From assembly GCF_054482525.1 (NCBI RefSeq), contig NZ_CM137006.1: a stretch of DNA of 64,000 nucleotides, one strand, 5' to 3'. Numbering within the stretch: position 1 is the stretch's first letter; every line of letters starts with the position of its first letter. The notes under the pieces were generated by a model, which saw only the letters and a list, made by a program, of their open reading frames with translations, was not told the origin of the DNA and did no database searches. Shown here piece by piece: positions 45,166-59,322 of this stretch. The translations under genes were made by a program, and so were the position numbers.

Positions 45166-45900
45166 TTATGCTGCGACAACAATCCCCTTTTCGGCAAATG
45201 TAGAGCGTAGTCGGCGGGCGAATGCCAGTGCGTGTTCTCCATCGCCATGCAGGCAGACCGTTTGCGCCGTGACCGTTGCCCATTCGCCGGTGATACTTTT
45301 GACTCTGCCGTGTTGCACCATCTCCAACGTTTGCGCCAGCGCCTGTTCTTCGTTTTCAATCAACGCGCCTGGCTGGCTTCGCGGCACCAGCGAGCCGTCA
45401 GCCTGATAACCGCGATCGGCAAACACTTCCTCGCGCGTTATCAGACCATATCGCTTGCCTGCACGAATCAGCTCGCTTCCCGCCAGCCCGACGAGAATCA
45501 ATGACGGATCGCAAGCGTATACCGCTCTGGCGATGGCGTCTGCCAGTTGTGCCTCTTTCGCCGCCTGGTTGTATAACATGCCGTGCGGTTTGACATGACG
45601 CATTACGCCCCCTTGTGCACGGGTAATCGCTGCCAGCGCGCCAATTTGATACAGCGTCTGGGCGTAAACGGTTTCTGGCGGCAGCTGCATGGCACTGCGA
45701 CCAAAATTTTCCCGGTCGGGAAAACTCGGGTGAGCGCCAATCGCGACACCATTTTTTATTGCTTCACGCACGCAAACCTGCATGGTTTGCGCATCGCCTG
45801 CATGAAATCCACAAGCAATATTGGCAGAGGAAACCAGCGTTAATAGCTCTGCGTCGCTGGCGCAGCCTTCGCCCAGATCGGCGTTCAGGTCAATTTTCAT
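45166..45900 (-). CDS. pxpA: 5-Oxoprolinase subunit A (LamB/YcsF family)
   Basis: 244 aa [36 protein letters not shown]... Confidence 0.9.
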   Translation of the reverse strand: MKIDLNADLGEGCASDAELLTLVSSANIACGFHAGDAQTMQVCVREAIKNGVAIGAHPSFPDRENFGRSAMQLPPETVYAQTLYQIGALAAITRAQGGVMRHVKPHGMLYNQAAKEAQLADAIARAVYACDPSLILVGLAGSELIRAGKRYGLITREEVFADRGYQADGSLVPRSQPGALIENEEQALAQTLEMVQHGRVKSITGEWATVTAQTVCLHGDGEHALAFARRLRSTFAEKGIVVAA

Positions 45901-46822
45901 TGTGCAGCCGCCACGCTAATTGTTCGAAATAACGTTGTTGATCTTGCCGCGCTTTCAGTGCCTCTTCCAGTGAACACTGGACAAAATGAATCGGCTGACC
46001 GAGCGGAATTTGCGCCAGATGGTACATATCAGCCTCAATGATACAGGCAATACGCGGATAACCACCGGTGGTCTGTGCGTCGTTCATCAATACAATCGGC
46101 TGGCCGTTATGCGGCACTTGCACCACACCCGGCAACAAACCGTGAGATAACAGTTCGCGATCGGTGGTGCGTTTTAAAATTTGCCCCTGTAAGCGATAGC
46201 CCATGCGGTTACTTTGCGGACTAAGCTGCCAGGGCGAACGCCAGAATGCATCCTGCGAGGCGCGATCGAACTCATGATATTCCGGCCCCGGCAAGGCGCG
46301 AATGCGGTTGCCCCACAGCAGCTGTTTAACGCCCTGCGCTTCCATAAAATCACGCTTCGATTTACCCATCGGGAGTCGGTCACCATCCTTCAGTAAACGG
46401 CCTTCCAGCCCGCCAATCCCCACTTTGAGATCGGTACTGCATGACCCCATTACCGGCGGAACATCAATACCCCCCGCGACCGCCAGATAACTGCGCATCC
46501 CGTGCTGCGGGCGTTTAAGCGTTAAACGCTGGCCTGCTTTCATCGGCAAGCGCCAGCCAGTCCAGACGGCATTATCATCCAGCCGCGCTTCGCAACCTGC
46601 CCCCGTCAGGGCAAACCAACCATCAGTTTCGAACTCTACCGTTAACTGACCGAGCGTTATCTCCAGCGCGGGGGCATTGGCGTCATTACCCACCAGCAGG
46701 TTAGCAATGCGTAACGCAGGCATATCCAGTGCGCCGCAGTGGCTGATACCCGACTGGCGAAAACCGTGACGACCGCCATCCTGCACAGTGGTATACATGC
46801 CCGCACGAATAATCTTCAGCAT
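45890..46822 (-). CDS. pxpC: 5-Oxoprolinase subunit C (allophanate hydrolase subunit 2-like)
   Basis: 310 aa; synteny between pxpA and pxpB. Confidence 0.88.
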   Translation of the reverse strand: MLKIIRAGMYTTVQDGGRHGFRQSGISHCGALDMPALRIANLLVGNDANAPALEITLGQLTVEFETDGWFALTGAGCEARLDDNAVWTGWRLPMKAGQRLTLKRPQHGMRSYLAVAGGIDVPPVMGSCSTDLKVGIGGLEGRLLKDGDRLPMGKSKRDFMEAQGVKQLLWGNRIRALPGPEYHEFDRASQDAFWRSPWQLSPQSNRMGYRLQGQILKRTTDRELLSHGLLPGVVQVPHNGQPIVLMNDAQTTGGYPRIACIIEADMYHLAQIPLGQPIHFVQCSLEEALKARQDQQRYFEQLAWRLHNEN

Positions 46823-47472
46823 ACTCCCTCCTTCTGCGGTACAAAGCGCACGCTGTCTCCCGGACGTAATAAGATGGGTTCGTCACGCGCCGGATCAAAC
46901 AGGCTGAGTGAGGTATGACCAATCAACTGCCAGCCACCCGGCGTTGCCAGCGGATAAACACCAGTCTGCGGCCCGCCGATCCCGACAGAACCTGCCGGAA
47001 CGAGCAAGCGCGGTTCAGCGCGCCGTGGCGTGTGTAGTTGTTCCGGCAAACTCCCGAGATACGGGAAGCCCGGTTGAAAACCTAAAAACCAGACCACGTA
47101 TTCCACGGAGGAGTGCAATTCAACAACCTGTTTCTCACTCAACCCACAATGCGCCGCGACCACCGCTAAATCCGGTCCGCCTGCACCACCGTAAACCACC
47201 GGAATTTCAATAAAGCGAGACTCAGGTTCCAGGGCCTCGCTCTCCTCCCACCAGCGTTGCAAACGCTCTATGGCATCCAGCGCCAGCGACTCAGGATTAC
47301 GCAAAATCACCGTGATATTGTTCATGCCGGGAATGGCTTCAACCACATTCGGCATATCCACCAGACGCTGTGCCAGTCGCCAGATCCGTTTCTGGCTAGC
47401 CAGCGTCACCGGCGGTTCCAGTTCCAGCACTACCGCCGTTTCACCTATCAGATAACAACGCACTCGTTGCAC
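46816..47472 (-). CDS. pxpB: 5-Oxoprolinase subunit B (allophanate hydrolase subunit 1-like)
   Basis: 218 aa; synteny. Confidence 0.88.
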   Translation of the reverse strand: MQRVRCYLIGETAVVLELEPPVTLASQKRIWRLAQRLVDMPNVVEAIPGMNNITVILRNPESLALDAIERLQRWWEESEALEPESRFIEIPVVYGGAGGPDLAVVAAHCGLSEKQVVELHSSVEYVVWFLGFQPGFPYLGSLPEQLHTPRRAEPRLLVPAGSVGIGGPQTGVYPLATPGGWQLIGHTSLSLFDPARDEPILLRPGDSVRFVPQKEGVC

Positions 47473-47494
47473 TTTCGATCCCTCTGATTATTCG

Positions 47495-48238
47495 TTATGC
47501 AGGATTAGGAATATCAATAAAGGTCACATCAAGATCGGTATTTTCATTCAGCCACTCGCTCAATGCGCGAATACCACCACGTTCAGTGGCATGGTGACCC
47601 GCAGCATAAAAATGCAATCCCTGCTCGCGGGCTGAATGAATGGTCTGTTCAGAAACTTCGCCAGTAATAAAAGCATCCACGCCAAAACGCGCGGCGCTAT
47701 CGATAAAACTTTGCCCGCCGCCCGTGCACCAGGCAACGCGCTGGACCACCTCAGGTCCGGTATCGCCACACCATAACGGCTTACGTCCCAGACGCGCTTC
47801 AATCCAGGAGGCTAGTTCCAGTCCCGGCACAGGCATGGTCAGTTCGCCCCACGGCACCAACGGCTCAATTTCGCCCATGACCGTGATCCCCAGTAACGCC
47901 GCCAGCTGTGCGTTATTGCCCAGCTCAGGATGTGCGTCAAGCGGCAAATGCCAGCCATACAGGTTGATATCATTTGCCAGCAACGTTTTTAAACGGTTAC
48001 GCTTCATGCCGCGAATGACCGGAGATTCGCCTTTCCAGAAGTAGCCATGATGCACAATGACCGCATCCGCGCCCAGACGCACTGCCTCATCGAGCAAAGC
48101 CTGGCTGGCAGTGACACCGGTAACAATTTTTTGCACCGTCTCTTTGCCTTCCACCTGCAAACCATTCGGCGCGTAATCACTAATCGCCGCGCTGTTCAGT
48201 TTTTCGTTAATCAGTTGTTCCAGTTCGGTGTTTTTCAT
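47495..48238 (-). CDS. ybgI: Nif3-family metal-binding protein YbgI
   Basis: 247 aa MKNTELEQLINEKLNSAAISDYAPNGLQVEGKETVQKIVTGVTASQALL... Confidence 0.9.
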   Translation of the reverse strand: MKNTELEQLINEKLNSAAISDYAPNGLQVEGKETVQKIVTGVTASQALLDEAVRLGADAVIVHHGYFWKGESPVIRGMKRNRLKTLLANDINLYGWHLPLDAHPELGNNAQLAALLGITVMGEIEPLVPWGELTMPVPGLELASWIEARLGRKPLWCGDTGPEVVQRVAWCTGGGQSFIDSAARFGVDAFITGEVSEQTIHSAREQGLHFYAAGHHATERGGIRALSEWLNENTDLDVTFIDIPNPA

Positions 48239-48325
48239 CTTCGCGCCTTCCGTATTCTGATAGCTACACCGTTAACATAGCGTTACCTCGCCTGTTCGTC
48301 GATAGCCAATCTTTTGACATATTAA

Positions 48326-49990
<1,665 letters not shown>

Positions 49991-50005
49991 CAGGCCAGCA
50001 CCATA

Positions 50006-50036
50006 CCTGATAAAACGCTCGCTGCGTTTTATCAGG
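50006..50036. terminator. Bidirectional terminator-like hairpin between convergent dtpD and phr
   Basis: Perfect 13-bp inverted repeat CCTGATAAAACGC-TCGCT-GCGTTTTATCAGG. Confidence 0.55.
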
Positions 50037-51450
50037 CTCCTTTCCTCGCTTCTTCGTACGCTGCCAGCGTTCGCAGCCTTGCCTCTTTGTGATCAACTAT
50101 CGGTTGCGGATAATCCAGCGTCACACCTGCTTTCTGCACCCACTTCCACGGCTCATGCACCGCTTTCCCTGGTACATCGCGCAGTTCCGGTAGCCACCGG
50201 CGGATAAACTCGCCTTCGCGGTCAAATTTCTCGCCCTGGGTTGTCGGGTTAAAAATACGAAAATACGGCGCTGCATCGGTTCCGGTTGAAGCGGCCCACT
50301 GCCAGCCACCGTTATTGGCTGCCAAATCACCATCAATCAGCTGCGACATGAAATATCGCTCGCCTTCGCGCCAGTCGATCAATAAATCTTTCACCAAAAA
50401 ACTGGCTGTAATCATCCGTAGCCGGTTATGCATCCAGCCAGTGCTGTTAAGCTGACGCATGGCAGCATCAACAATCGGGTATCCCGTTTTACCTTCTTGC
50501 CAGGCTTTAAAATGGGCGGGATTGCGCTGCCACTGCACACGATCCGTCCAGACAATAAACGGACGATGTTTACACAACGAGGGGTAATACGTCATCAAAT
50601 GGCGGTAGAACTCGCGCCAGATCAGCTCATTAAGCCAGACACTACCGGCCCCACCGTCCAGCGCCTGCGGCTGTTCCGCCAACAGGCGATGCAGACACTG
50701 GCGAGGCGATAACCCGCCCGTTGCCAGGCTGGCGGACAAACGGCTGGTACCTTCAACTGCCGGAAAATCTCGTTGTTGCTCATACTCTCCGGCACCGTTC
50801 TGGCAAAACTGGCGTAATTGCGCAATCGCCGCTTTTTCTTCCACCGGAAAATGCGCAGTATCGAAAGACTGACGAGGATAATTCAGCGTAATGGATGGCG
50901 CGGGCTCTATCGATCCGCTACTACGAACTTTTGGTGCAGCGACGCACTCCGGCATCCCTTCCCGCAGCCGTTTCAGCCAGGCATTCTTAAAAGGCGTAAA
51001 GACTTTGTACATCTCGTGATTGCCGGTCATCACCGCGCCAGGCGGCAGGATCACGCTGTCATCAAACCCTTCGCACAACACGTTACGCAGCGTTCTCTCA
51101 ACCTGCACATCCCGCGCCCGCTCATTCACCTCATACTGATAGTTATAAAAAAGATGAGTAACGCTGTTTTCCGCGCACACCTGTTTAATTATTTCGACGC
51201 TGGCGGCAAAGTCATCCACTTCACGGAACAATAAAGGAATACCTTTTTCCGCCAGCGCTATTCGTAGCCCATTCAGTTGAGCATTGATAAGTTTAGCCTG
51301 ACGCGGCGACATGTTATGCGTCGCCCACTGGCGTGGTGTAGCGATATACAGCGCCAGCACGCGTGCAGACGAATTGCGGCAGGCGGCAGCCAGTGCGAGA
51401 TTATCGTGCAGACGTAAATCCTGGCGAAACCAGACCAGATGAGTAGTCAT
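50032..51450 (-). CDS. phr: Deoxyribodipyrimidine photolyase
   Basis: 472 aa MTTHLVWFRQDLRLHDNLALAAACRNSSARVLALYIATPRQW... Confidence 0.93.
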   Translation of the reverse strand: MTTHLVWFRQDLRLHDNLALAAACRNSSARVLALYIATPRQWATHNMSPRQAKLINAQLNGLRIALAEKGIPLLFREVDDFAASVEIIKQVCAENSVTHLFYNYQYEVNERARDVQVERTLRNVLCEGFDDSVILPPGAVMTGNHEMYKVFTPFKNAWLKRLREGMPECVAAPKVRSSGSIEPAPSITLNYPRQSFDTAHFPVEEKAAIAQLRQFCQNGAGEYEQQRDFPAVEGTSRLSASLATGGLSPRQCLHRLLAEQPQALDGGAGSVWLNELIWREFYRHLMTYYPSLCKHRPFIVWTDRVQWQRNPAHFKAWQEGKTGYPIVDAAMRQLNSTGWMHNRLRMITASFLVKDLLIDWREGERYFMSQLIDGDLAANNGGWQWAASTGTDAAPYFRIFNPTTQGEKFDREGEFIRRWLPELRDVPGKAVHEPWKWVQKAGVTLDYPQPIVDHKEARLRTLAAYEEARKGA

Positions 51451-51956
51451 AAAACTCCTGAATGGCGCAAGTTAATCACACGCGGCCAAAGTTCGAAATA
51501 ACGCTGCCCTGAAAGCCAGGCGTCAGGATAAAGCGCCATATAGTGTTTGATACGCATCAGCGGCGCAAGAAGCTGTTGCTCGCCACGGCGATAACTGTCG
51601 ATAAGCGCCGCCAGCTGCTGGCGTTCTGTGGAATCAATATGTGGGCGAAAATATCCCTGAACGTGCATCAAAACGTTAGTATGATCACGCCGGTTGGCAG
51701 GGTGAGAAAGCAAAACAATTACGCGTTGGCGGTACTGGTTGTAATAGTCATCCAGATTTTGCCACCGGTGAATATCTGCCACGAACGGGCCAAGTTTGCG
51801 GTACTCGGGCTGGGAATGGGCCAGAAAGACGAGTTTATAGCGGCTGTGATAATCGTTGAGTGCCCCGCGCGTTAAGCCATGTTCTTTCAGTCGATATAGC
51901 TCATAAATCGCGAAGATGCGGATTAGGGTGCTTTCATCAAATCGTTGCTGATTCAT
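51447..51956 (-). CDS. ybgA: DUF1722 protein YbgA
   Basis: 169 aa from MNQQRFDESTLIRIFAIYELYRL...; ATGA overlap with phr. Confidence 0.85.
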   Translation of the reverse strand: MNQQRFDESTLIRIFAIYELYRLKEHGLTRGALNDYHSRYKLVFLAHSQPEYRKLGPFVADIHRWQNLDDYYNQYRQRVIVLLSHPANRRDHTNVLMHVQGYFRPHIDSTERQQLAALIDSYRRGEQQLLAPLMRIKHYMALYPDAWLSGQRYFELWPRVINLRHSGVL

Positions 51957-52240
51957 TACTGCTCCTGAACGGTTTACAGGAGTAAGTGTAGACGATGGTA
52001 AATGAATTTTGTGGGGCAGAGTTTTTGCGGGGAAGTATTTTGTTGGTAAAAATATTATCAACTTCATCTGAGCGAGAATTATTCTACTATTTTCCGAGCT
52101 GCATTCATTTTTTGTATTTTTTATTTTTAGAAAATAACAATTCTCAAAGCTTAACTACCTCACTATTAATTGTATTTCAAACCAATAATCGCACTCCATT
52201 TTCTCTTTTTAAAAAATATAAACACTGTTAAAACAAATAT

Positions 52241-52615
52241 TTATTTCGTTATCTTAAATGCTATTTCTATATCACTCGTCCTTATAATCAAATTATTCTT
52301 ATTCATAGCTATTTTTGCAGGTTTAAAATAGCGGCTTTCACCAAAGTTAGCCATAAAAATTAGACTACAAGTTCTCCCAGCCTTTGCACATGAGAAAAAC
52401 CACCCATCAACTCTATTTATTCCTGAACCTTTAACACCATAATAAATCAGAATTTCTGGGTATTGTTCATCCTTCACGTTTTCATATTTTTGGTATTTAA
52501 TTGAAAACCAAGAGTCTATACTGCCAACATCTTCAAAAAATATTGGAGCTGATGTTTCCGCATGAACATATGCAGAAAATGCTAACAAAATGGCAATACT
52601 TAGTTTGGTAAACAT
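52241..52615 (-). CDS. Putative Rhs-toxin immunity protein with N-terminal signal peptide
   Basis: [24 protein letters not shown]... signal peptide; overlaps the 3' end of the Rhs C-terminal domain; AT-rich; alternative GTG start at 52627. Confidence 0.55.
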   Translation of the reverse strand: MFTKLSIAILLAFSAYVHAETSAPIFFEDVGSIDSWFSIKYQKYENVKDEQYPEILIYYGVKGSGINRVDGWFFSCAKAGRTCSLIFMANFGESRYFKPAKIAMNKNNLIIRTSDIEIAFKITK

Positions 52616-55600
52616 ATCGTTCCACACTTTTCAGGATAATCTATTGGGGGGAGGGGATCTTTTCCTCTAAATCTAATTGCACCCACGCCTTGTTTGTCAG
52701 ACCATTCGCCATTTGCATCCTGACGATACCAGTGATAATCCCCACCCATTCCTATAAAATTGTGAGGACGAATAAACAATTGAGCTTTATGGTAACCAGA
52801 TGGACAACTCCCATTATCTAAATCCTTGGCACCATCATTTTTTGACGCTTCAAAAATACTACTACAAGTGAGTTTAGAAAACTCTTTTCCAGATAATTCT
52901 CCAGGTTGTAATCCTCCGCCGCCAAAATTCCTACTCCCAGGATTTCCATACCTATTTAGAGCATATGAATAGCAATTATTTACGGCAAGATAATACGCAT
53001 CTGAATTTAGTTCTCGATTGAATACTGGAGCAGGTTTATCAATTAAGCCCAACGGATCAATAGAATAGGTTGGATGTATGGAAGCATATACATACTGATT
53101 CCACCCGCCTTCCAGCCCAATCGGATCCTGAGTGATATACCGCCCCTGCAGCGGGTCATAATAGCGGTGGCGGTTGTAATACAGGCCTGACTCCTCATCA
53201 TACTGCTGACCCGGCAGGCGGATGAGCTGCTGCAGCTGGTGCGGGTTCTCTTCATTCAGCTAGTTACCCCATTCATCGTATTCTGCGCACCATTCTGTTG
53301 CCCCTTCCGTGCTGACAAGCGCCAGCGGCAGGCCGCGATGGTCGCAGTGGTACAGGTGGATTTTTCGCGCCGGCGTGTACACCGGGTCCATCTGGTTTTG
53401 CATCTGCTCCACCGTCAGGCCGCACGATGCCAGCCAGCGGCGGCTTTCCTCACTCACCCGGTCAGTAAGGATTTCACTTTCCAGCCGGTCGAGCATCTGC
53501 ACCAGCACCGGCGGGAACACCACATCACCACCGTCTTCACCGCCGGACTGCTGAAGCGCATCCGCCAGGCTGCGGCGCTGCGTTTTCGCCAGCTCACCGG
53601 TGGCAGTTTCAACTCTGATGAGTGGCGTGAAGCTCCCCGGCTGATAAACCGTCTGGATGCGGGTTCTGTCGTTCTGTATCGTGGTCAGCCGGTCGCCGTC
53701 CCAGCCGTACCAGGTCACTTCCGGTTTCCGTGACAGCGACATCCAGCCCGTCAGGTCCCGTTCACGCCGCCACACCCGTTTTGCCACCCTGCGGCCCAGC
53801 GGGTCGTAAAGATAGCGACTTTCGACCAGCGGCTCTGCATATTGTGTCCGCGTGTAGTGCACCAGCCGGTGCTGACTGTCGTAATGGTACTGGTGAGTCC
53901 GCTCATCATCCGTGCGGATAACCCCTTCCGGGATGAGGTCGGTTTTCTCTGTCAGCCTGCCGTGACGGTCATACCGGTAAAGATAGTGCGCGTCACGGGC
54001 GATACGGTTATCCGGCCACATGCTGAGGGTGCTGTCCGGGTGCAGCTCCGGGTCGGGCAGGCGGTTACCTGCCGGGTCTGTGGCATACGGGATGCGGATA
54101 TCAAGGTTCGCTGCCGTGGTGTGAACGCCGGTCAGCCTGCCGGAGTCGCTGTAGCTGTAACTCCGGGTCTGGCGCGGGCTGCTGATGCGGATGAGTTCGC
54201 CGTTGTCGTTCCAGGTGTAATCGCGGTCATACTGCAGGCTGTTCAGATGCTGGCTCTGTAACTGCCCGGCAGGGGTGTAAGCGGTGGTGAGTTCATAACG
54301 GCCGAAGCTGCGCAGCGTTTCCCGGTGCAGGCGGTCGCGGGTGAAATCCACCAGCGGTGTGTCGCCGAGTTTCATGCCTGACAGCCAGCCGCTGCCGTAG
54401 GTCAGCCATTCCACGGCGGGCAGGCTGTCCGGTATACAGCGGTTCGCCAGTCCCTGCGCGTTGTAAGCGTGTCTGGTTTCATGCTGCCAGAGCAGTGCTT
54501 CCGTCTGCGGGTGATGCACCGTCTGGCGCTCACCGGTCAGGCGGCCTTTCTCATCATACCCGTAATGCACCGTCACCCGGTGGCCTTCGCTGAGATGGCT
54601 GATTTGTGTCAGCCAGCCGCGTTCGTCATACTGCCACTGCTCTGCCGGTTCACCCTTCACGGTGCGGTGAGTGAGGCGGTCTGCTTCGTCATAGTGCCAG
54701 TGGGTGACCAGCCCCTCATCCTCGCTGCGGATAAGTTTGCCGGTCAGGTCGTGGTGATAACGCTGTGTGCGGCCGTCAAAGCCGGTTTCCTGTATCAGCC
54801 GGTCAAGTACATCGTAACGGAAGGTGGTGTGGCTGCCGTTTTCACTGGTCAGGCGGATGACCCGTCCGGCAGCATCGTATTCCATACTGCGCGTCAGACC
54901 GCCCTGCGTGGTACGGATGGCCTTTCCCCACGCATCGTACTGTGTCCCGTTTCTGCTGCCGTCCGGGGCAATGACGGCGGTCAGGTCACCGGCGGCGTTG
55001 TATTCATACCGCGTTTCATGGCCCTGCATGTCTTTCACCGCAATTAACTGTCCACGGCTGTCGTATGCGCGGTACTGGCTCAGGCCTTCCTCGCGGTGCA
55101 CCGCCGTCACCTGACCAAAACGGTCATGGTCATAACGGGTTACATAACCGGAACAGTCAGTGACGGTCAGCAACTGACCGTAACGGCTCCATGTCATGGT
55201 TTTCCGGCTGCCGGTGGCATCCTCCGTTGCGCAGGGTAAGTCACTGTGTGGATTATCATAACGGTAGCGGGTGATATCGCCGTCAGGGGCAGTTTCCTGA
55301 ATCAGACGGCCGGATTCATCATATTCCCGGCGTATTTCCAGCCCGTCAGTCCCGGTGGCTGACGTTAACTGGCTGTGGTGGTTATAGTAAAACGCCGATG
55401 CCCTGCCATCCGGCGTGGTGATGCGCGTGATGAGGCCCGTCACCACATCCGGGCTGTATTCTGTTGTCCGGCCTGCGGCATCCGTCTGTGCCTTAAGCCT
55501 GCCCACCGCATCAAACTGACTCTGCGTGACGCTGCCGTCCGCGTGTTCCTTTTTCACCACCCGCTTCAGCCCGCCTTCGCCCTGCGTGTGCAGCACTTCA

Positions 55601-56775
55601 CGGCGGTCCAGACTGTCGGTGATGGTGATGCGGTCTTTCTCATACTGATACGTGTAGCTTAAGCCTGCCGGGTTTAGCTGCTCTGTCACCCGCCCGTCGC
55701 TGTCGTAACGGTAACGGATTTCCGGCCGGCCCGTGTGACGGTGCGCCACCATCCGGCCCCGGTATTTATCATCGTAAGTAAAGCTGCGCACCTGTGTATT
55801 GCTGCGGTCATACACCGCCGCCAGTTCGCCGCGCGGCGTCCAGCCATAGCGTACCAGCGGCGCGGCTGGCAGGTTATCCGGATATTCCGGGTCGTGCGTC
55901 AGCCACACGGCAGACAGACGGATGCCGTTGTCCCGGCCATATTCGGTGTAACCCGGCAGGGTATCAGGAAAAGCGGACGGTTCCGTCCCGCCGGAAATGG
56001 CCTGCTGCCGGGCTTCTTCTGCCCGCTGCGCCTGCGTGGTCAGTACCAGCCGGAAGTGACGCCCGGCACCATCCGTCACGCCGCTGAATTCGCCGCCAGC
56101 CTCACGGTGGAACGTCTGTGTGCGCCCGAAGCGGTCCACCAGCCCGGTCAGTACCCGGTACGGCGGCAGCGGCGCAGGCAGCACCTCATCCGCCTCCGGC
56201 ACCCGCTCACACCAGCCGAGTACCCACCACGGCCCCTGCGGACTGTTCGTCGCCAGATAACGATGCGGACTCAGGCGAAGCTCTTCCGGCAGCGCCTGCC
56301 AGAGTGCGGCCAGCCGGTGACCTTCATCCAGTTTCGCCACGCCGCCACGCACCAGCCAGAGTGACTCGCTGCGGCTGTAACCGTCCTCACCGGGAAACAG
56401 GTGCTCAAAATACAGGCTCCTGCCGCCGTTATCACTGAGTATCAGTGTGTTATCGCGCAGCTGTAAGCGGATATCCGCGGGCATTTTCCAGCCGGGGCCG
56501 AGGCTCCCCACCGGCGCGGGCGTTTTTGTCCGGTAACTGCTGTAGGTGCGGGAGAGGATGAACGGCAGCGGGCCGGGCAGGGCAAGGTCGGTTTCGCCGG
56601 GAAGGACCTTCGCACCGAGCAGCGGATTGACCGGATGGCCGGACGTCACCCCGCCGGGGCACACCGAACAGGCCACGCCGGTGGGGGCACCGATGCGCAC
56701 CCCGGCTGAACCCTGAACAATGCTACCGCCATACTGCGTCATGTCGCCCTGACGCGCCGCCGGTTTTCCGCTCAT
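52600..56775 (-). pseudogene. rhsC: rhs element gene (RhsC-like) interrupted by in-frame TAG at 53260-53262; core 53263-56775, C-terminal toxin region 52600-53259
   Basis: N-terminus [17 protein letters not shown] and YD-repeat core match Rhs proteins; expected WGNLLNEENP reads WGN-stop-LNEENP; same frame continues through DPIGL...DPLGL into a 145-aa C-terminal domain. Confidence 0.8.
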
Positions 56776-56963
56776 CTGCTCATCCTTGTTTTATCGGGTT
56801 ATTTGTCTGCTGACAGGCGAAACCCTACAGATTTATAAGAAAGCCTTAAGTGAGATATCCGTCAGATAGAAACAATTAGGAAAATATTTATATATGTTTC
56901 ATGAATATATGTTTCGATTGGTATAACGGTGTCTAAATATTCCTCTGAACATCTTCCTGATAC

Positions 56964-56996
56964 AAAAAAACCGCCAGCGTTTCCGCTGGCGGTTTT
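56964..56996 (-). terminator. Terminator hairpin after ybfA
   Basis: AAAAAAA-CCGCCAGCG-TTTC-CGCTGGCGG-TTTT. Confidence 0.6.
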
Positions 56997-57018
56997 CAAT
57001 GTATTCAGAACTCAGCAA

Positions 57019-57225
57019 TCAGTAAAAATCACCAGTTGCCTTTTCTGCCTGATCCATCCACACCGGTTTCTCGCTGGTTTTCGACCAGACGCGGTGCAGG
57101 TAGCTGTAAAAGCGGGCGCGGTCTTTCCAGAAAAGCATGAAAGGCAGCGCCAGAACGCCCGCTGCAACCGCATAAGTACGGCGTAAAAAGATAAGCCATG
57201 CAGGATATTCTCTGTAGAGTTCCAT
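57019..57225 (-). CDS. ybfA: DUF2517 small membrane protein YbfA
   Basis: 68 aa [68 protein letters not shown]. Confidence 0.85.
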   Translation of the reverse strand: MELYREYPAWLIFLRRTYAVAAGVLALPFMLFWKDRARFYSYLHRVWSKTSEKPVWMDQAEKATGDFY

Positions 57226-57434
57226 ACTTTTCTCCCCCTTTTGTATCTACCCGGTGAATGGCACCGGAAAAATGAATTTGTTTATCTGATGAAAATAGTA
57301 CCGCCTTTTGTGTAATTTTACTACTCATCCGACCACTTATTTTTGCTTATTGATGGTTTATTTACATTCACCGTGTAATTAAGTTACATGAAAGTTAAAT
57401 TAATACTAATCATTAGTTAAATCATGGCTTTTGC

Positions 57435-57464
57435 CATTTTTATACTTTTTTTACACCCCGCCCG
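57435..57464 (+). promoter_or_regulatory. kdpFABC promoter region with candidate KdpE binding site
   Basis: CATTTTTATACTTTTTTTACACCCCGCCCG about 75-100 bp upstream of kdpF resembles the described KdpE operator; recalled from memory. Confidence 0.45.
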
Positions 57465-57537
57465 CAGATTTTTGCGAAATCTTTGCAGCCAGAATTCTAC
57501 CCTTCCGGTATCACTTTTAGGCCACTGGAGGTGCACT

Positions 57538-57627
57538 GTGAGTGCAGGCGTGATAGCCGGCGTGTTGCTGGTGTTTTTATTACTGGGTTATCTGGTTTAT
57601 GCCCTGATCAATGCGGAGGCGTTCTGA
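57538..57627 (+). CDS. kdpF: Kdp ATPase small subunit KdpF (29 aa, GTG start)
   Basis: (V/M)[36 protein letters not shown]; stop overlaps kdpA ATG. Confidence 0.85.
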   Translation: MSAGVIAGVLLVFLLLGYLVYALINAEAF

Positions 57628-59300
57628 TGACTGCGCAAGGGTTCTTACTGATCGCCACGTTTTTACTGGTGTTAATGGTGCTGGCACGTCCTTTAGGCAG
57701 CGGGCTGGCGCGGCTGATTAATGACATACCTCTTCCCGGTACAGCGGGTGTTGAACGCGTACTCTTTCGTTTACCTGGCGTCTCTGACAGTGAGATGAAC
57801 TGGAAGCAGTATCTCTGTGCCATTCTCGGCCTGAACATGCTGGGGCTGGCGGTGCTGTTTTTTATGTTGCTCGGTCAGCACTATCTGCCGCTTAATCCAC
57901 AGCAGTTGCCAGGGCTGTCATGGGATCTGGCGCTGAATACCGCCGTCAGCTTTGTCACCAATACCAACTGGCAATCTTATAGCGGTGAAACCACGTTGAG
58001 CTATTTCAGCCAGATGGCGGGCTTAACGGTGCAAAACTTTCTTTCTGCCGCCAGCGGGATTGCGGTGATTTTTGCCCTCATCCGTGCGTTTACCCGCCAG
58101 AGCATGAGCACACTCGGGAATGCCTGGGTCGATCTGCTACGCATCACGTTATGGGTGCTAGTCCCTGTGGCGTTGTTGATCGCACTGTTTTTTATTCATC
58201 AAGGTGCGTTGCAAAACTTTCTGCCCTATCAGGCAGTGAATACCGTTGAAGGAGCGCAACAGCTGTTACCAATGGGTCCGGTGGCTTCTCAGGAAGCGAT
58301 CAAGATGCTCGGCACTAACGGTGGTGGCTTCTTTAATGCCAACTCGTCGCATCCGTTTGAAAACCCAACCGCACTGACCAACTTCGTGCAGATGCTGGCG
58401 ATCTTCTTGATCCCAACAGCGCTGTGCTTTGCCTTTGGTGAAGTGGCGGGCGATCGCCGCCAGGGGCGCATGTTGCTGTGGGCGATGTCAGTGATTTTTA
58501 TCATCTGCACAGGCGTGGTGATGTGGGCAGAAGTTCAGGGTAATCCGCATCTGCTGGCACTGGGCGCGGACAGCAGCATCAATATGGAAGGTAAAGAGAG
58601 TCGTTTCGGCGTGCTGGTCAGTAGCCTGTTTGCGGTCGTGACTACGGCGGCTTCCTGCGGCGCGGTGATTGCGATGCATGATTCGTTTACCGCTCTTGGT
58701 GGCATGGTGCCGATGTGGCTGATGCAAATTGGTGAAGTGGTGTTCGGCGGTGTCGGTTCTGGTCTTTACGGCATGATGCTGTTTGTCCTGCTGGCGGTGT
58801 TTATTGCCGGGCTGATGATTGGTCGTACACCGGAATATCTGGGTAAAAAAATCGACGTACGCGAGATGAAACTGACTGCACTGGCAATTCTGGTTACCCC
58901 GACGCTGGTGCTGATGGGCGCGGCGTTGGCGATGATGACCGACGCCGGACGTAGCGCCATGCTCAACCCTGGCCCGCATGGTTTTAGCGAAGTGCTGTAC
59001 GCCGTGTCATCCGCCGCTAACAACAACGGCAGCGCCTTTGCCGGATTAAGCGCCAACTCTCCGTTCTGGAACTGTTTACTGGCGTTCTGCATGTTTGTCG
59101 GTCGCTTCGGGGTGATTATCCCGGTGATGGCAATTGCCGGTTCGCTGGTGAGTAAAAAGAGCCAACCCGCCAGCTCCGGCACGCTGCCAACGCACGGCCC
59201 GCTGTTTGTTGGCCTGTTAATCGGCACCGTGTTGCTGGTTGGCGCACTGACCTTTATCCCTGCCCTGGCGCTTGGTCCGGTGGCGGAATATCTCTCCTGA
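57627..59300 (+). CDS. kdpA: Potassium-transporting ATPase subunit A
   Basis: 557 aa from [24 protein letters not shown]... Confidence 0.95.
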   Translation: MTAQGFLLIATFLLVLMVLARPLGSGLARLINDIPLPGTAGVERVLFRLPGVSDSEMNWKQYLCAILGLNMLGLAVLFFMLLGQHYLPLNPQQLPGLSWDLALNTAVSFVTNTNWQSYSGETTLSYFSQMAGLTVQNFLSAASGIAVIFALIRAFTRQSMSTLGNAWVDLLRITLWVLVPVALLIALFFIHQGALQNFLPYQAVNTVEGAQQLLPMGPVASQEAIKMLGTNGGGFFNANSSHPFENPTALTNFVQMLAIFLIPTALCFAFGEVAGDRRQGRMLLWAMSVIFIICTGVVMWAEVQGNPHLLALGADSSINMEGKESRFGVLVSSLFAVVTTAASCGAVIAMHDSFTALGGMVPMWLMQIGEVVFGGVGSGLYGMMLFVLLAVFIAGLMIGRTPEYLGKKIDVREMKLTALAILVTPTLVLMGAALAMMTDAGRSAMLNPGPHGFSEVLYAVSSAANNNGSAFAGLSANSPFWNCLLAFCMFVGRFGVIIPVMAIAGSLVSKKSQPASSGTLPTHGPLFVGLLIGTVLLVGALTFIPALALGPVAEYLS

Positions 59301-59322
59301 TGATATTGAGTGAGCACTGAAT

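Noticed and set aside
52600-53052. 150-aa ORF listed as starting with M at 53052
   Set aside because: Not treated as an independent gene: the apparent start is a TTG inside the Rhs DPLGL motif and the frame is continuous with the Rhs core upstream, so it is the C-terminal domain of the interrupted rhs gene.
54469-56438. Several 100-210 aa plus-strand ORFs
   Set aside because: All antisense to the Rhs core gene, whose sense-strand translation is a recognisable YD-repeat protein.
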